Origin: Azolla caroliniana
Taxonomy: Eukaryota > Plantae > Polypodiophyta
Assembly: GCA_043228905.1 (NCBI GenBank)
Contig: JBHGNT010000011.1
Coordinates: 7,130,001-7,194,000, forward strand
Length of the DNA: 64,000 bases
Direction: 5' to 3'
The notes below the pieces were generated by a model that saw only the letters and a list, made by a program, of their open reading frames with translations, was not told the origin of the DNA and did no database searches. Below are positions 50,901 through 62,791 of the stretch, piece by piece; the first letter of the stretch is position 1, and each line of letters begins with the position of its first letter. The position numbers and the translations under genes are program-made.

Positions 50901-53900
50901 ACCTTGTTTAAAGAGGCAATGGTATCACCCTCTTATTTCATAAAAAACACTACAGTGACAAATATAGCGTTCTTCAGATTCCACTCCTTGATGACACAAT
51001 TGGAAAATTCTGTCTTCTTGAGGTGTTTGTTTATATTTTCCTACCCCAATCTCTAACTGATGTGATGAAGTTTGCAGCTGGCCTATTACACTGCGCAGTG
51101 CATAAGATAGATGTATGTCCATATAAAGCTGTCTGCCGATGAATCCATCCTCTGAAGTGTCTTGTAGTGGGCCATCTTTGTACCAAGTCATATAGGGGCT
51201 GATCCATGTTATCCTATTTTCCAAGTTAATAATATCAGTTTGGACCACTCTATTCTTTTCCAGTTTGGTCATGTTTAGATGGTGACAGTCGAAGATATAT
51301 TGGAATGGGGGTAGTGCATTTATGCTTATGCCATGTGACTCAAACCATTGTTGCATTTCAGCATACCAACAATGAATGTCTCCATTTTCAGCCAGTTGTG
51401 TTGATGACATAAGTGCCAACCTTGGGTACCTTTGTTTAGGAAGCCCCCAAAGATGTCGAAAACAGATCATTGATTGGAACAATGCCTCTGTGATTATAGG
51501 GGCTGCTCCCATCTCTACCCGGATTATATCATTGGGCACCGATGCTTTGCTCCTTATCATGTGGGCAATCATTGACACTAAAGGTCTCTCGAAATCTTTC
51601 AAATGATTTGCCTTGTTAATACTCGGTCCTCATGTTTCTACTCCATAGAGAAGAGTTGGTGTGACAAATGTATCAAATAACCATAACGTAGTTTGAGGCT
51701 CTTGGAACTGCAAATGTGCACATTGTCTTTTGAGAGCACCAAGGGCTGCATATCCTATCCACGAGAAAGTCGGGTACAATCAGCCTCCCATAAGGAGAAC
51801 CTAGGCCCTGTAAATGTTACTCCTAGGTATGCGCGAGTGTGTATTCCACCTTTTCCTCTTCCAAGAAGAATTCTGGTTCTGATATTGTTACCCATGCTTG
51901 AGTTATGTTAAACACCATGGCTTTAGTTTTATCCATGTTTATTGACAAACCGTTGTCTGGACTCTGTACAAAATAGTTTTAAGGCATTTAGATGTCTTTG
52001 TAGTCCCTTCGGAGAGTCAGAAATCAGCACAATATCATCAGCATATAGTAATATATTATAGCCATACTTGCTAGGCATGCTTTCGAACCCCCGAGCCCCT
52101 CTTATGTAATGTGATACCTCATCTATATAAAGACCGAAGAGAGTGGGGCAATAGTGGGCATCCTTGCTTCATTCCGATTGTGCTAGTCACTGATTCTGAC
52201 AAACCCTTGGAAGACCACACTTTTCCTGACACGGATTCATAGAGTGCACAGATTCCCCATTGCATATCTGTAGGAACACCAAGGGCTTATAGCCGTTGCA
52301 TAAGCCAAGCACATGGCACAATATCAAAGGCTTTTTGGAAATCCATAAAGCAGCAATAAATCCTCTTATTATGGGCGCTGCCCTCCTCGATAAGGGCTCG
52401 GAGGGTCAATATGTGATCTGAAGTTGTGAACCCCTTCCGAAACCCTGCCGGTCCAGCTGAATGGCAGCCATTCCGCTCTGCCCATATACTCAATTCTGAC
52501 TCTAGAATCAAGCCATATAGTTTAGCCAAGTAATGGCAAATCATGATTGTCATATAGTTGCTTGGCATCATGGGGTCTCCATTCTTGAGGATTGGCACGA
52601 TGGTATGCCGCGTCCATATAGTAGGGAAACCTTCACACATGGCTCTAGTAAAGATGTGCACTAGCAATGGGAGCAAGGTGTCACGAGCATAGATAAAGTG
52701 CTCACCAACCAAGCCATTATGATCCTGGGCCTTCCCAAATTGTAATAGATCAATGGCACTTCTTGCATTTTGTGGAGTAAAAAAAGGTGGATTCATGTGG
52801 GCGTGAGCCATGTGGGTGGGAAAGAGGAGGTTGCCCCGGGATATCATATAGGACCTTTGCATATTCATGCCACACCTGAGGTGAGGTAACTTGTGGTGTG
52901 GTAAGTTGCCTCTCATTAAACATTTTCCATGCTCGTTTACTTTCTTGTCCTAAAAACAAGCGATACAAATGATCTTCAAATTGAGCTAAATACAATCTCT
53001 TCTTCTTCCTTACAAGGTGTTGGAAGATTACTCTTGCTTGTTAGAGGACCTTATTATATTTTTGTGATGTGGCATGTTGGATTCATGTTGACAATTTTTT
53101 ATAGGTCTTTACAAACAAGTCTGTTTCACAGGTAGATGTGTTGGTGGGCACATAATTTTATTGATCTCCCATCTCCAGGAGCATAATGGAGTATAGGATT
53201 GTGCTCTTTACCTAAGATGTTTGCAGAAAAATTTCTTATTCTCAATCTGATTCCAAGAGCTGGCTGAAATACCCCCATGTTTTGCATTTAGCAATTTTTC
53301 ACAAAAACCTTGTATTACATCAAGTTAAATCTGTGTTGTTTGTAATGTATTGGGCAACTATGCACCTTGCATATAAAACCATAATAGGATCGAAAAGAAT
53401 CTAATGGTTGGTTTCTCTTCATGTCCCTCATGTATTCCATTTAGTACCTCCTCCATCTGATCAATGCATAAGCTAAAAGTGTAGGTGAAAGTGGAAACCG
53501 TTGTTTTATACCCATGCTGCTCGTGAATTCCTTGGAGAAACACCTGTTGGTTTTTAGCTGACTTTCTACTCGTTTGTAGATCTGGGGTACCATCACTTAC
53601 ATACATCCCTAGAGGGATCTGTTTTGTCAATCCCAAGTGTATGGTGCCAGGGTGATTCGTGGTGTGAGATGTAGCAGCTGCCATGTACATTGTGATTTTT
53701 TCTATGCATGTCTTGTATTTTTCACCTCTTGTCAAATTTCTAAATTATGACATGTAATTCTTCCTTATACATAATGAGGACGCCCCCTTGTTCTCTTATA
53801 CATACACCTTCGGTAATTCTTCATGCTTGGCATCCATACAGACCTGGACACTTGTCTGACAGCGTATGGAGATGACAGGTTTCCAAAAGAAAGAGTATAC

Positions 53901-55969
53901 CAGTGTTAGGTATTACCTTGTTGAGTTATGCACCTTTCTTCCAAAGAAAGTTGCACAATTCAAGCTTTACATGTGAGGTATTGGTTTCAGACAGAGAGAT
54001 GCTTCTATATTAATGCAGCTGGAATAGTACTCAATCTTAGATTATGTCGTCAGTATGCCAAGTATTTCTATTCTTTCCCATAACTTCAGGACACAGTTGT
54101 TGTCCTTTAAATTTATAAAATAGCAGCACAACTATTGTCTTTTAAGACGACTCCCCTCCATTACAGTCCACAAATAAAGGAGATGATTAATGGTGCCTTG
54201 TTTGGGGTGGAAACCTGATTATGCCACAACACCATCTTTAAAATTCTACTCAAGCATTCAGCATGTACAACGTCAAATTCTAACCTCAGCTCGAGAGGCT
54301 GAAGGTTTATCAGATTTATTTCTACACAAGTATTCAGCATACATTTGGGACATTAATATCTCTCATCAGATAATATTTTTCATGTGGCCGCTGGTGCATG
54401 CTGGCCTTCCAGTTTGGAACTTCTTTTGGAGTTGCAAAAGTGGTTATTTGGTATGGTGGGCCATGATATTTTTTGTTTACAAGATGGAATGCATCCCTTT
54501 AGGGGGAGGGTGGTAAGGTTCTTAATGGGCTTACGAGGAAATATGATCCTCATTCATTTGGAGGGGGCAATTCTTTGAGGTGAAAAAATTTCTACAATGC
54601 AACAAACTTAACATGTGATGATTTATGCTCTTTATAGCTTATGGGGAGAATCATGAACTGGTTCCTCTTGTGGTAATCAAGATCACCATCATCATTTTCT
54701 TTGAGTTTTGGGACATTTGTCTCAGTTCTTTGCATGCTATTTGATGTTGCTGAATGGCACTATAAACCTCAGTGTTTTCTTCTACATAATGCTGGGAGAT
54801 GTTTTTATGATTGTTGTAGTAGTGTTTATACATTGCCATATTGTCTGCCAGTTGTTTTAGAAGCTCTGGTACTTAGTAGGTTTTCATTTCTTGTAACACA
54901 AGTTTTATTAATATAGTAAAAGAAATACCATCTTGCGATTTAGTATAAAACTGATAGTTGTGAACTATAGTTTATGGAGATGGTTATGGCAACCATATAT
55001 CTTAGCATTGTTCATCTCTCTTTATCAACCATTGAGTGGTGGCAAATGAATTTGTAAAAGCCATTTTAGGAGAATGGGCTTGATTAACTGTAAGTGTACT
55101 GATCTAAAGTAAGAATATCCATGCCTTACATGATGAATGTTACATTAGACTAGACCCACAGCTTTATCAAACCCACAATCTCAAGCCGGGAAAAGTGTTA
55201 AGATTTGTAAACCACTACATCATGATGTTTTACATTTTAAGCAATGATTTCACATTGTATTTTAGCATATGTTGTTTTTCTTGAACTTCTGCTTGTATTA
55301 TAGATACGTTGATGCTGTTATGACAATCCCAAAGGGCACATTGTTTCCTATGTGCGGGATGAACTTGGCCTTTAATAGAGAACTGATAGGCCCAGCTATG
55401 TACTTCGGCCTCATGGGAGATGGCCAACCTATTGGTCGCTACGATGATATGTGGGCAGGTTGGTGTTGCAAGGTAGGCTTTTCCTTCTCGACATTTTAAG
55501 ATATGATCCGGAACTATATACCATGTATTGAATATAGGGCAAAATACCAAGTATACCCCTAATATTTTGCCCTAGTTAGTATGGTAAATATTAAAAAATG
55601 TCTAGTGCATTTTTGGTTTTTGCTCTTAAACATTTAATGACAGTGCACGTTGTGTGATACCAGGTGATTTGTGACCATTTGGGTTATGGTGTGAAGACTG
55701 GACTCCCTTACATTTGGCATAGTAAGGCGAGCAATCCCTTTGTAAACCTCAAGAAAGAATACAAGGGAATCTTTTGGCAAGAGGAAATTATTCCTTTCTT
55801 CCAGTCAATAAAGTTGCCAAAAGATTGTACTACAGTTCCACAATGTTATCTTGAGCTCTCAAAGCTTGTCAAGGAGAAGCTTGGACCTTTGGATCCATAT
55901 TTTGTTAATGTGGGAGATGCCATGGTGACTTGGATTGAAGCATGGGAGCAAGTGAATCCTACAATGTGA
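47934..55969 (+). CDS. RGP: Reversibly glycosylated polypeptide / UDP-arabinopyranose mutase (GT75), 340 aa; exons 47934-48230, 48525-48775, 55304-55472, 55664-55969; likely non-coding exon ending about 47353
   Basis: [71 protein letters not shown]; exon lengths sum to 1023 nt in frame. Confidence 0.96.
50020..50440. repeat. Degenerate direct repeats (about 170 bp) in RGP intron 2
   Basis: AAAGAAAGA.GATA.ATTAA and TTTGA.AAC..C/G.AA.CAAAATAA recur 2-3 times. Confidence 0.6.
50900..53950 (-). mobile_element. Degenerate non-LTR retrotransposon (RTE/RTEX-like ORF2) in RGP intron 2
   Basis: RT motifs [20 protein letters not shown]...DHILTL, DFQKAFD, LLYADD; C-terminal [10 protein letters not shown]...R...C...ESE...C..Y.EIR; boundaries approximate. 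Confidence 0.82.
54190..54600 (+). mobile_element. Possible L1-type LINE 3' fragment (zf-RVT-like)
   Basis: [24 protein letters not shown] resembles IW...P.K...F.W...H..LP. Confidence 0.5.
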
Positions 55970-56514
55970 GATGTAAACTCTCAACGTAATGTATGTGACG
56001 CGTACTTTTCTAGCTAAAAAGAGATAAGAGTGTTATGTGCAAGTGCACTAGACATCTTGCGATGTCATATCTTGAGATTTTATTTTATTAATTTTAGTTC
56101 CACTTTTATTATTGCACTCATTTTGGTAAAAAATAAATTCTCCACCAAATGTTCCTTGGTTGTCAACATATTCCCATCTAGCTTGCAACTTGTGTGATGT
56201 AGTCTTTTGCTGTTAACGTCAAATTTATGTTCTAAAGTCATTAAGGTCTTGCCACTCTGTATGTTCAAGGATTATTATCTTCTATTTCTAATGGTGTTTG
56301 TTCCTCACAAGGGGAAGAGACTTTTTATTTTGAATGTCAAGATTATATTTTACAGGAATTTCTAAGCATAGTATGAAAGTTTTTGACACATTGATGGCAA
56401 ATCAATCTACTTTTTTGTATCTCCCACAATGAAGAAGTAGAAACTAGTTAAAATATCTATAGCTATGCTATGATAATGAAGATTTGATGCAACAGTAATT
56501 GAATGTAGCGGTTC

Positions 56515-57010
56515 ATTGGGGTATCGCGTCTCTTGATCCATGAGCTTCTTGCTCTCAAAGGCCACGGGCCTTCCTTCATGCATGAGAACTCCACCCATGG
56601 CGTAATTGGGCGCATTTGTATGAAGCTCAACTGGCTTCTCAAAGTCGGGTAATGCCAAGCATGGCCCTGTGCAGAGCGTTTCTTTTAAAGAATCAAAAGC
56701 ACGAGTACACTTGTCACACAAAAACCACTTTTTCCCACTTTTACTAACGTTAGCGAGAGGGGTAGAGAGATAAGAAAAACCATCAATAAACACATGATAG
56801 AAGAACGGTAAACCAAGGAAAGAATGGATATCCATTCATGAACATGGTGTAGTTCATTTCTTGATTACACGAAGCTTTTCTTCGTCGTCATGGATCGATT
56901 GACGAAGTATGTTCACTTTGTGGCCTACGAGAGCCCTGCAAGTGCCGACTATGTGGCAAAACTCTTGTTTGAAAATGTGCTCAAGTACCACAGGCTTCCA
57001 AGGGGAGATA
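56515..57010. mobile_element. Ty3/gypsy pol scraps: RT-RNaseH on minus (56515-56870), integrase on plus (56880-57005)
   Basis: SFLGL...LALPDFEKPVELHT...GGVL...PVAFESKKL; VVMDRLTKYVHFV...AKLLFENVLKYH. Confidence 0.8.
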
Positions 57011-57264
57011 AAAAAATCATATAATTAATCAATCAAACAAGTTAGCGCATTTGTGAAGTGTCTTGACTTTCAAAATTGAAGTCAAGGGTAAGGGTTTAGC
57101 AGGTCCAAATTCTTCACTAACTAATGTTCACATAGTCGAGCAGGTCACGTGAGTTCGAGTCCGATTGGAGATCTAGGATCGCCATTGGCGCACATGCGTT
57201 ACATGTGATGCATGATAGCCATCTGGCTCATGTGAGTTCCCATGTATGATCAAAATTCATGTGC

Positions 57265-57683
57265 GTTTAAGAAGCAACTTTGGAACTTCGTTCCACATAA
57301 CTTTAGGAGTTATTGGCAAAATTCATAGTTCAAGCAATGTATAAATAACTTACCACCCGATGCCGTGGTATCCATTATTGATTTGGCTGAGAATCACATG
57401 TTTAAAGTTCAAAATGAGGTTCAGTCAATGCATTGATACATGACCAATGTACAATACTTGTATTTATTTGTTATTAGAGACCAGGTGGTGGGTTACATAT
57501 GAAGTCAATATTCTACGTTTCCGATGATAAAAAGCATCATACACTATTTGTTCAACATTGTTTTAAGCTTCACCATGCAGATTTGTTGTCCCTAGGTGTT
57601 ACCTTTAATCGACATTGGGTTTGATCTGATGGTGCTGACTCGCAGTTTAAGACGACATGATCCTTCTTCTTCATTGTGAGGTA
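57265..57683 (+). pseudogene. Sola2-like DDD transposase fragment
   Basis: FVPHNFRSYWQ...IIDLAENHMFKVQNEVQSMH*...CTILV...FYVSDDKKHHTLFVQHCF...HWV*SDGADSQFK; matches recalled Sola2 motifs DF(A/S)ENY..Q.E.QS.HW and SDG...QFK. Confidence 0.65.
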
Positions 57684-57688
57684 AATTT

Positions 57689-60600
57689 TGTAGAGGATTA
57701 ATGCGGAATATTGCTTGGCCACAACCGAGTCTTGAATCACTTCTATGAGGGTGAAAAACACACAGAAATGGGAAATGGAGAGTACCCAAAGGAAATACAT
57801 AGAATGTTTACATGGAAAACCCTAATAGGGAAGAACCATGGGAGCCCATAGACTTCAAACTATCACTATGAAGAGAAGGGGTACAATCAGAGACTCGTAG
57901 GCAACAACCTCGAGCTCGGTTTCTTCGTCTAACGGCGGTTACAACAGAGTATCACTCAGTATCTCTCTCTCCCTCTCTGTCACTCTCTTCTGTACAATAG
58001 TTACAACAGTATGACCACTACAACCTTAATAAGTGTTTGCCCTAGGTCATATTTATACTAATATGCCTTTAGGACTACTTACAAATATAGCCTCCATGGG
58101 CTTACTAAAAACATATTTACAAATATGTCTTCTACATCCGGTTCTCACCGGGTCCTCATCATCCAGTTCTCACCGGGTCTTCTACATCCGGTTCTCAAGA
58201 TCCCATCCGGAGGGACCGAAATCCCAACAATCTCCCCCTTCACTCCGGCATGGGATGTCTCGTTAGCCCAATCTGCCTCCGTCATGCGTCTAGCTTGTTG
58301 GGTGTCAGCACTTTGGTCAGCATGTCCGATCCGTTCTCCTCCATGTGGATTTTTGTTAGCAGAAACTCTTGATCTTCTACTCTTTCTCGGATCTAGTGGT
58401 ACCTCTACTGGATATGCTTCGTCTGAGAATGGTAGGCCACGTTCTTTGTAAGGTGGATCGCACTCTGACTGTTGCAATAGAGCCGATATTCCTCTTGTCG
58501 GATCCCTAGCTCATCGATGAAGTCCTTCATCCAGATTATTTCCTTGCTGGCTTCCACAACTGCCATGTACTCTGCTTCTGTGGTTGACAATGCAATCGTC
58601 TTCTATAGCCCCGACTGCCACGAAACAACTCCCCCTGCATAAGTCATGACATAACCGGATGTGGACCGGCTGGTATCCCCATCAGCTGACATGTCTTAAT
58701 CCGTGAATTCGTTGAGTTGGGGTTTACCGGAGCCGAATCGGAGGCACATGCTCGAGGTGCCTTTCAAATACCGGAGTATCCACTTGACCGCGTTCTAGTG
58801 CTCTCTTGCGGGATTGCTCATGAAACGGCTCACCACTCCGACTGCATATCCGATATCCGGCCGGGTACACACCATTGCGTACATCAAGCTCCCGGCGACA
58901 GAGGAATATGGTATCTTCATCATATCTGCCTTCTCTGCCTTTGTCCTTGGGCTCTGCTTTCCGGATAGCTAGCAGTTTGCCGGAAGTGTCGCTCCGACCA
59001 GTTTCACATCCGACATGTTGAACCGCTGAAGCACCTTCGTCACATACTTTTCCTGTGATAGCTACAATAGCTTCTTCGACTGGTCTCGGATGATGTGCAT
59101 CCCCAATATCTGTCTTGCCGGACCCAAGTCTTTCATTGAGAAGGTCCGGTTCAGGGCCTTCTTCAGCATCTATATCTTGACTTGGTCTCGTCCGACGATC
59201 AACATATCATCCACATATAGGAGGAGTATAAGGAAATCTCCTCCGTCAAATTTCTTCACAAACACACAATGATCAGCCTGCGTCTTTTGGTACCCTTGGT
59301 CGGTCATGAAGGAGTCGAACTTCCGGTACCATTTCCGGGGAGCTTGCGTTAGTTCGTATAGGCTCTTATTTAGCCAGCACAACAGGTGCTCCTTCCCTTT
59401 CCTTTCAAATCCTTCCGGTTGATGCATGTAGATCTCTTCTTCGAGGTCGCCATGTAGGAATGCCGTTTTGATGTCCAGTTGCTCTACCTCGAGGTCCATG
59501 CTTGTAGCTATGCCCAATACCGTCCGGATGGATGCCATCTTTACTACCAGGGCAAAGATCTCATCGAAGTCCACTCCTTTCTTCTGTTGGAATCCCTTCA
59601 CCATGATTCGGGCCTTATTCCTTGGTGGATTTCCGGCGTCTCCCGGTTTCAGCTTGTACACCCACTTGTTCTGGAGTGCCCTCTTCCTTTTGGCAACTCC
59701 ACCAATTCATATGTGTGGACAGGAAACCCAATCGGCAATGATCCTTTCTTCCATGAAGACTATGTCCCGACTCTGGAACACCTTCTTGTCGACCAAATCC
59801 CACACCCGGTAACCGAACTCATCATCGCCATATCCAAGGAATATGCATGGCATGGATTTTGGATCTAGCTTTGCTCTCTTGTCCTTCGCCACATGCAGGT
59901 ATGAGACACCCGAACACCTTTAGATGCCGGTAAGACACATCTTTACCTGTCCATACTTTCTGAGGTGAGTCTCCTCCCAAGGGTACTTAGGGTGATCTGT
60001 TTATCACATAGGTGGCCATCGTTAGTGCCTCAGCCCAAAACATCTTGGGTAACTTTGCACGTGCTAGCATGCTCCGGACTCTCTCCATTATGGTCCGGTT
60101 CATCCTTTCGGCCAACCCGTTTAGTTCCGGTGTCTTCGGCACAGTAAACTCGAGCCGGATTCCCTTCGATCAACAGTAGTCCTTGAACTGCCCCCAGTAT
60201 TCTCCTCCGTTATTTGCTCGAACCGCTTTCAACTTCCGGCCGGTTTCTCTTTCCACTCTCGCGTGGAGCTCCTTGAAGACAGATAGCATCTGATCCTTTG
60301 TCTTCAACGGTGAGACCCATAGCTTCCGACTGTGGTCTTCTATGAACGTCACAAAGTACTGCGATCCGGCATGTGACTTCGTGTCCACTTGACACACATC
60401 GGTATGCACTAGCTCTAGTGGTGCATTCTGTCTCATCGGTGGTCTTGACCAGACGGAGGTTCGGTTTTGCTTGCCGGCCAAGCAATCAATGCACTTCTCA
60501 AGCTCCACTTCCTTCACCGGAATGAGGTTGTCTTCGACAAGCCTCTTTATCCCCTTCTCACTCATGTGACACAGTCTTTTGTGCCAAACTCACCGGCAGT

Positions 60601-62435
60601 GTCGGAAGCAACGTTCACTTCTTCTTCCTCGCATAATCGGGCGTTCATCAGGTACAATGTGTTGAATTTTCGGACCCAAGCCACTATTAGGCTCCCCTTG
60701 CTGAACTTCATGACTCTGTTCCGGATGCTACCCGTGTAGCCTTCATCATCTAGCTGACCGGCTGATATTAGGTTTAGTTGAACCTCTGGAACATGTCAGA
60801 CATCCTTCAACAACAACTTGCATCCGGTTGGTGTCATCAACCACACGTCTCCAATCCTGACAATTCGGCATGTACCTTCATTCCCCATCCGGACACAGCC
60901 GTGCTCACCGGTTGTGTAGGATGAGAAGCATTTCCGGTCTGGGGTAAGGTGGAACGACGCCTCGGAATCGACAACCCACGTTGTCTTGTCGCCGGCAAGG
61001 TTCAACTCACTCTCCTCGGTGATGAGCATTAGTTCCTCTTCACTTGCTGCGATCGCTGTCGTTCCCTTCCGGTCTGGGCCTCGCCAATCCGAATCGTTTC
61101 GGTCCGGTGACTTCTTCGAATCGGTACTGTCGGTTCTCTTGTCTTTCTGGAAATGCCAACAGTTCTTCTGGAAGTGCCCCAACTTGCCGCAATAGAAGCA
61201 AGTGGCCCCCCCCTTGACTTTGACCGCGTCCCCGCCTTTTCCCGGTTCTGGGGACTCCGATTCCTTTTGTCTTCCACATTCCGATTTGGTAAGGAGGGTT
61301 TTGGCGTCGGAGATCACCTCCTGGTCTTTCCGACGCGCCTCCTCATCTAGCAAGCTCGACTTGACTCTTGCTAGGGATAACTGTTTTCCTTCCGGCCCGG
61401 CGTTGCCCAACGTGACAACTAACATCTCCCAGCTATCCGGGAGGGAACCGAGCAGGAGTAGAGCAAGTACCTCATCGGTGAGAGGTACTTCCAACGAGGT
61501 TGCCTGATGTATCAGTACTTGGAAGAAATTCATGTGCTCCGCCATACAGGAGCCGTCTTGGTACCAGAGCCTCACTAGCTTCCGAAATACCAAAACCCGG
61601 TTAACGACATTCTTGTTCTAGAACATGATGCCGATCTCCTTCTAGAGTTCATGAGCCTTACTTTCATAATTGAAGTTTTTGTTCAAGCTCATGTCGATGA
61701 AGCACCGGATGTATGCCGTTTTCTTCATGTGCATCACCTCCCACACTGTGGTGTTGATCTTATCCGGTCTGTTGTCCCTGAACTAAACCAACAACCAAAG
61801 ATCTTTAACCACCAGCATATCCCTCATCTTTGACTTCCACACTAAGTAGTTGGAGCTGGTGAACTTGAACATGCCACCGAACGACTCTTCCATTTCCTAT
61901 GTTGTTCGATCTGATACCACTTGTAGAGGATTAGCGCGGAATATTGCTCGGCCACCACTGAGTCTTGAATCACTTCTATGAGGGTGAAAACACACAGAAA
62001 TGGGACATGGAGAGTACCCAAAGGAATACACAAAATGTTTACATGGAAAACCCTAATAGGGAAAAATCACGGGAGCCCATAGACTCCGAACTATCACTAT
62101 GAAGAGAAGGGGTACAATCAGAGACTCGTAGGCAACGACCTCGAGCTCGGTTTCTTCGCCAGGCGACGGTTACAACAGAGTATTGCTTAGTATCTCTCTC
62201 TCCCTCTTTGTCACTCTCTTCTGTACAATAGTTACAACAATATGACCACTACAACCTTAATAATTGTTTGCCCTAGGTCATATTTATACTAATATGCCTT
62301 TAGGATTATTTACAAATATAGCCTCCATGGGCTTACTAAAAACATATTTACAAATATGTCTTCTACATCCGGTTCTCACCAGGTGTTCTACATCTGGTTC
62401 TCAAGATCCCATCCAGAGGGACCAAAATCCCAACA
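57689..62435 (-). mobile_element. Ty1/copia element H (D/I family), both LTRs present, coding region decayed
   Basis: LTRs 57689-58229 and 61922-62435; perfect TSD AATTT; PBS TGGTATCAGA (minus) 61910-61919; PPT 58230-58240; gag ATG at 61893; gag/INT/RT/RNaseH fragments. Confidence 0.94.
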
Positions 62436-62607
62436 AATTTATTATTGTATGTTTAGTACTTATAAAGCTAATTCTAGTCGACTAATACTTCATAACTTGA
62501 TTTTCCTATTACTCTAGCCTCCTACGATTTCTTCATTGACAACTAAGAACTAGTTGTATTCAAACTTTTCTACATTAAAAATATAGTTTAGTTTCCTACC
62601 TAAAGAA

Positions 62608-62790
62608 CAACTTAGTACTGACTTGCTTCAAAGCATTAATACTAATTGTCTATTCACCTATGTTTTAGAATTTTTAAATGATAACTTAGTATTATCCTAC
62701 CATGTGCATTAGTACTAATTGTCTATTCACCCACGTTTAGTATTCTTAAATAACAACTTAGTACCGTTCTCCCATGTGCATCAGTACTAA
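62608..62790. repeat. About 72-bp AT-rich tandem repeat (about 2.5 copies)
   Basis: AACTTAGTA...CATTAGTACTAATTGTCTATTCACC...TTTAG repeated. Confidence 0.75.
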
Positions 62791-62791
62791 G

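Noticed and set aside
57135-57170. B-box-like GAGTTCGAGTCC
   Set aside because: No clear A box, tail or TSD; too short to call a SINE
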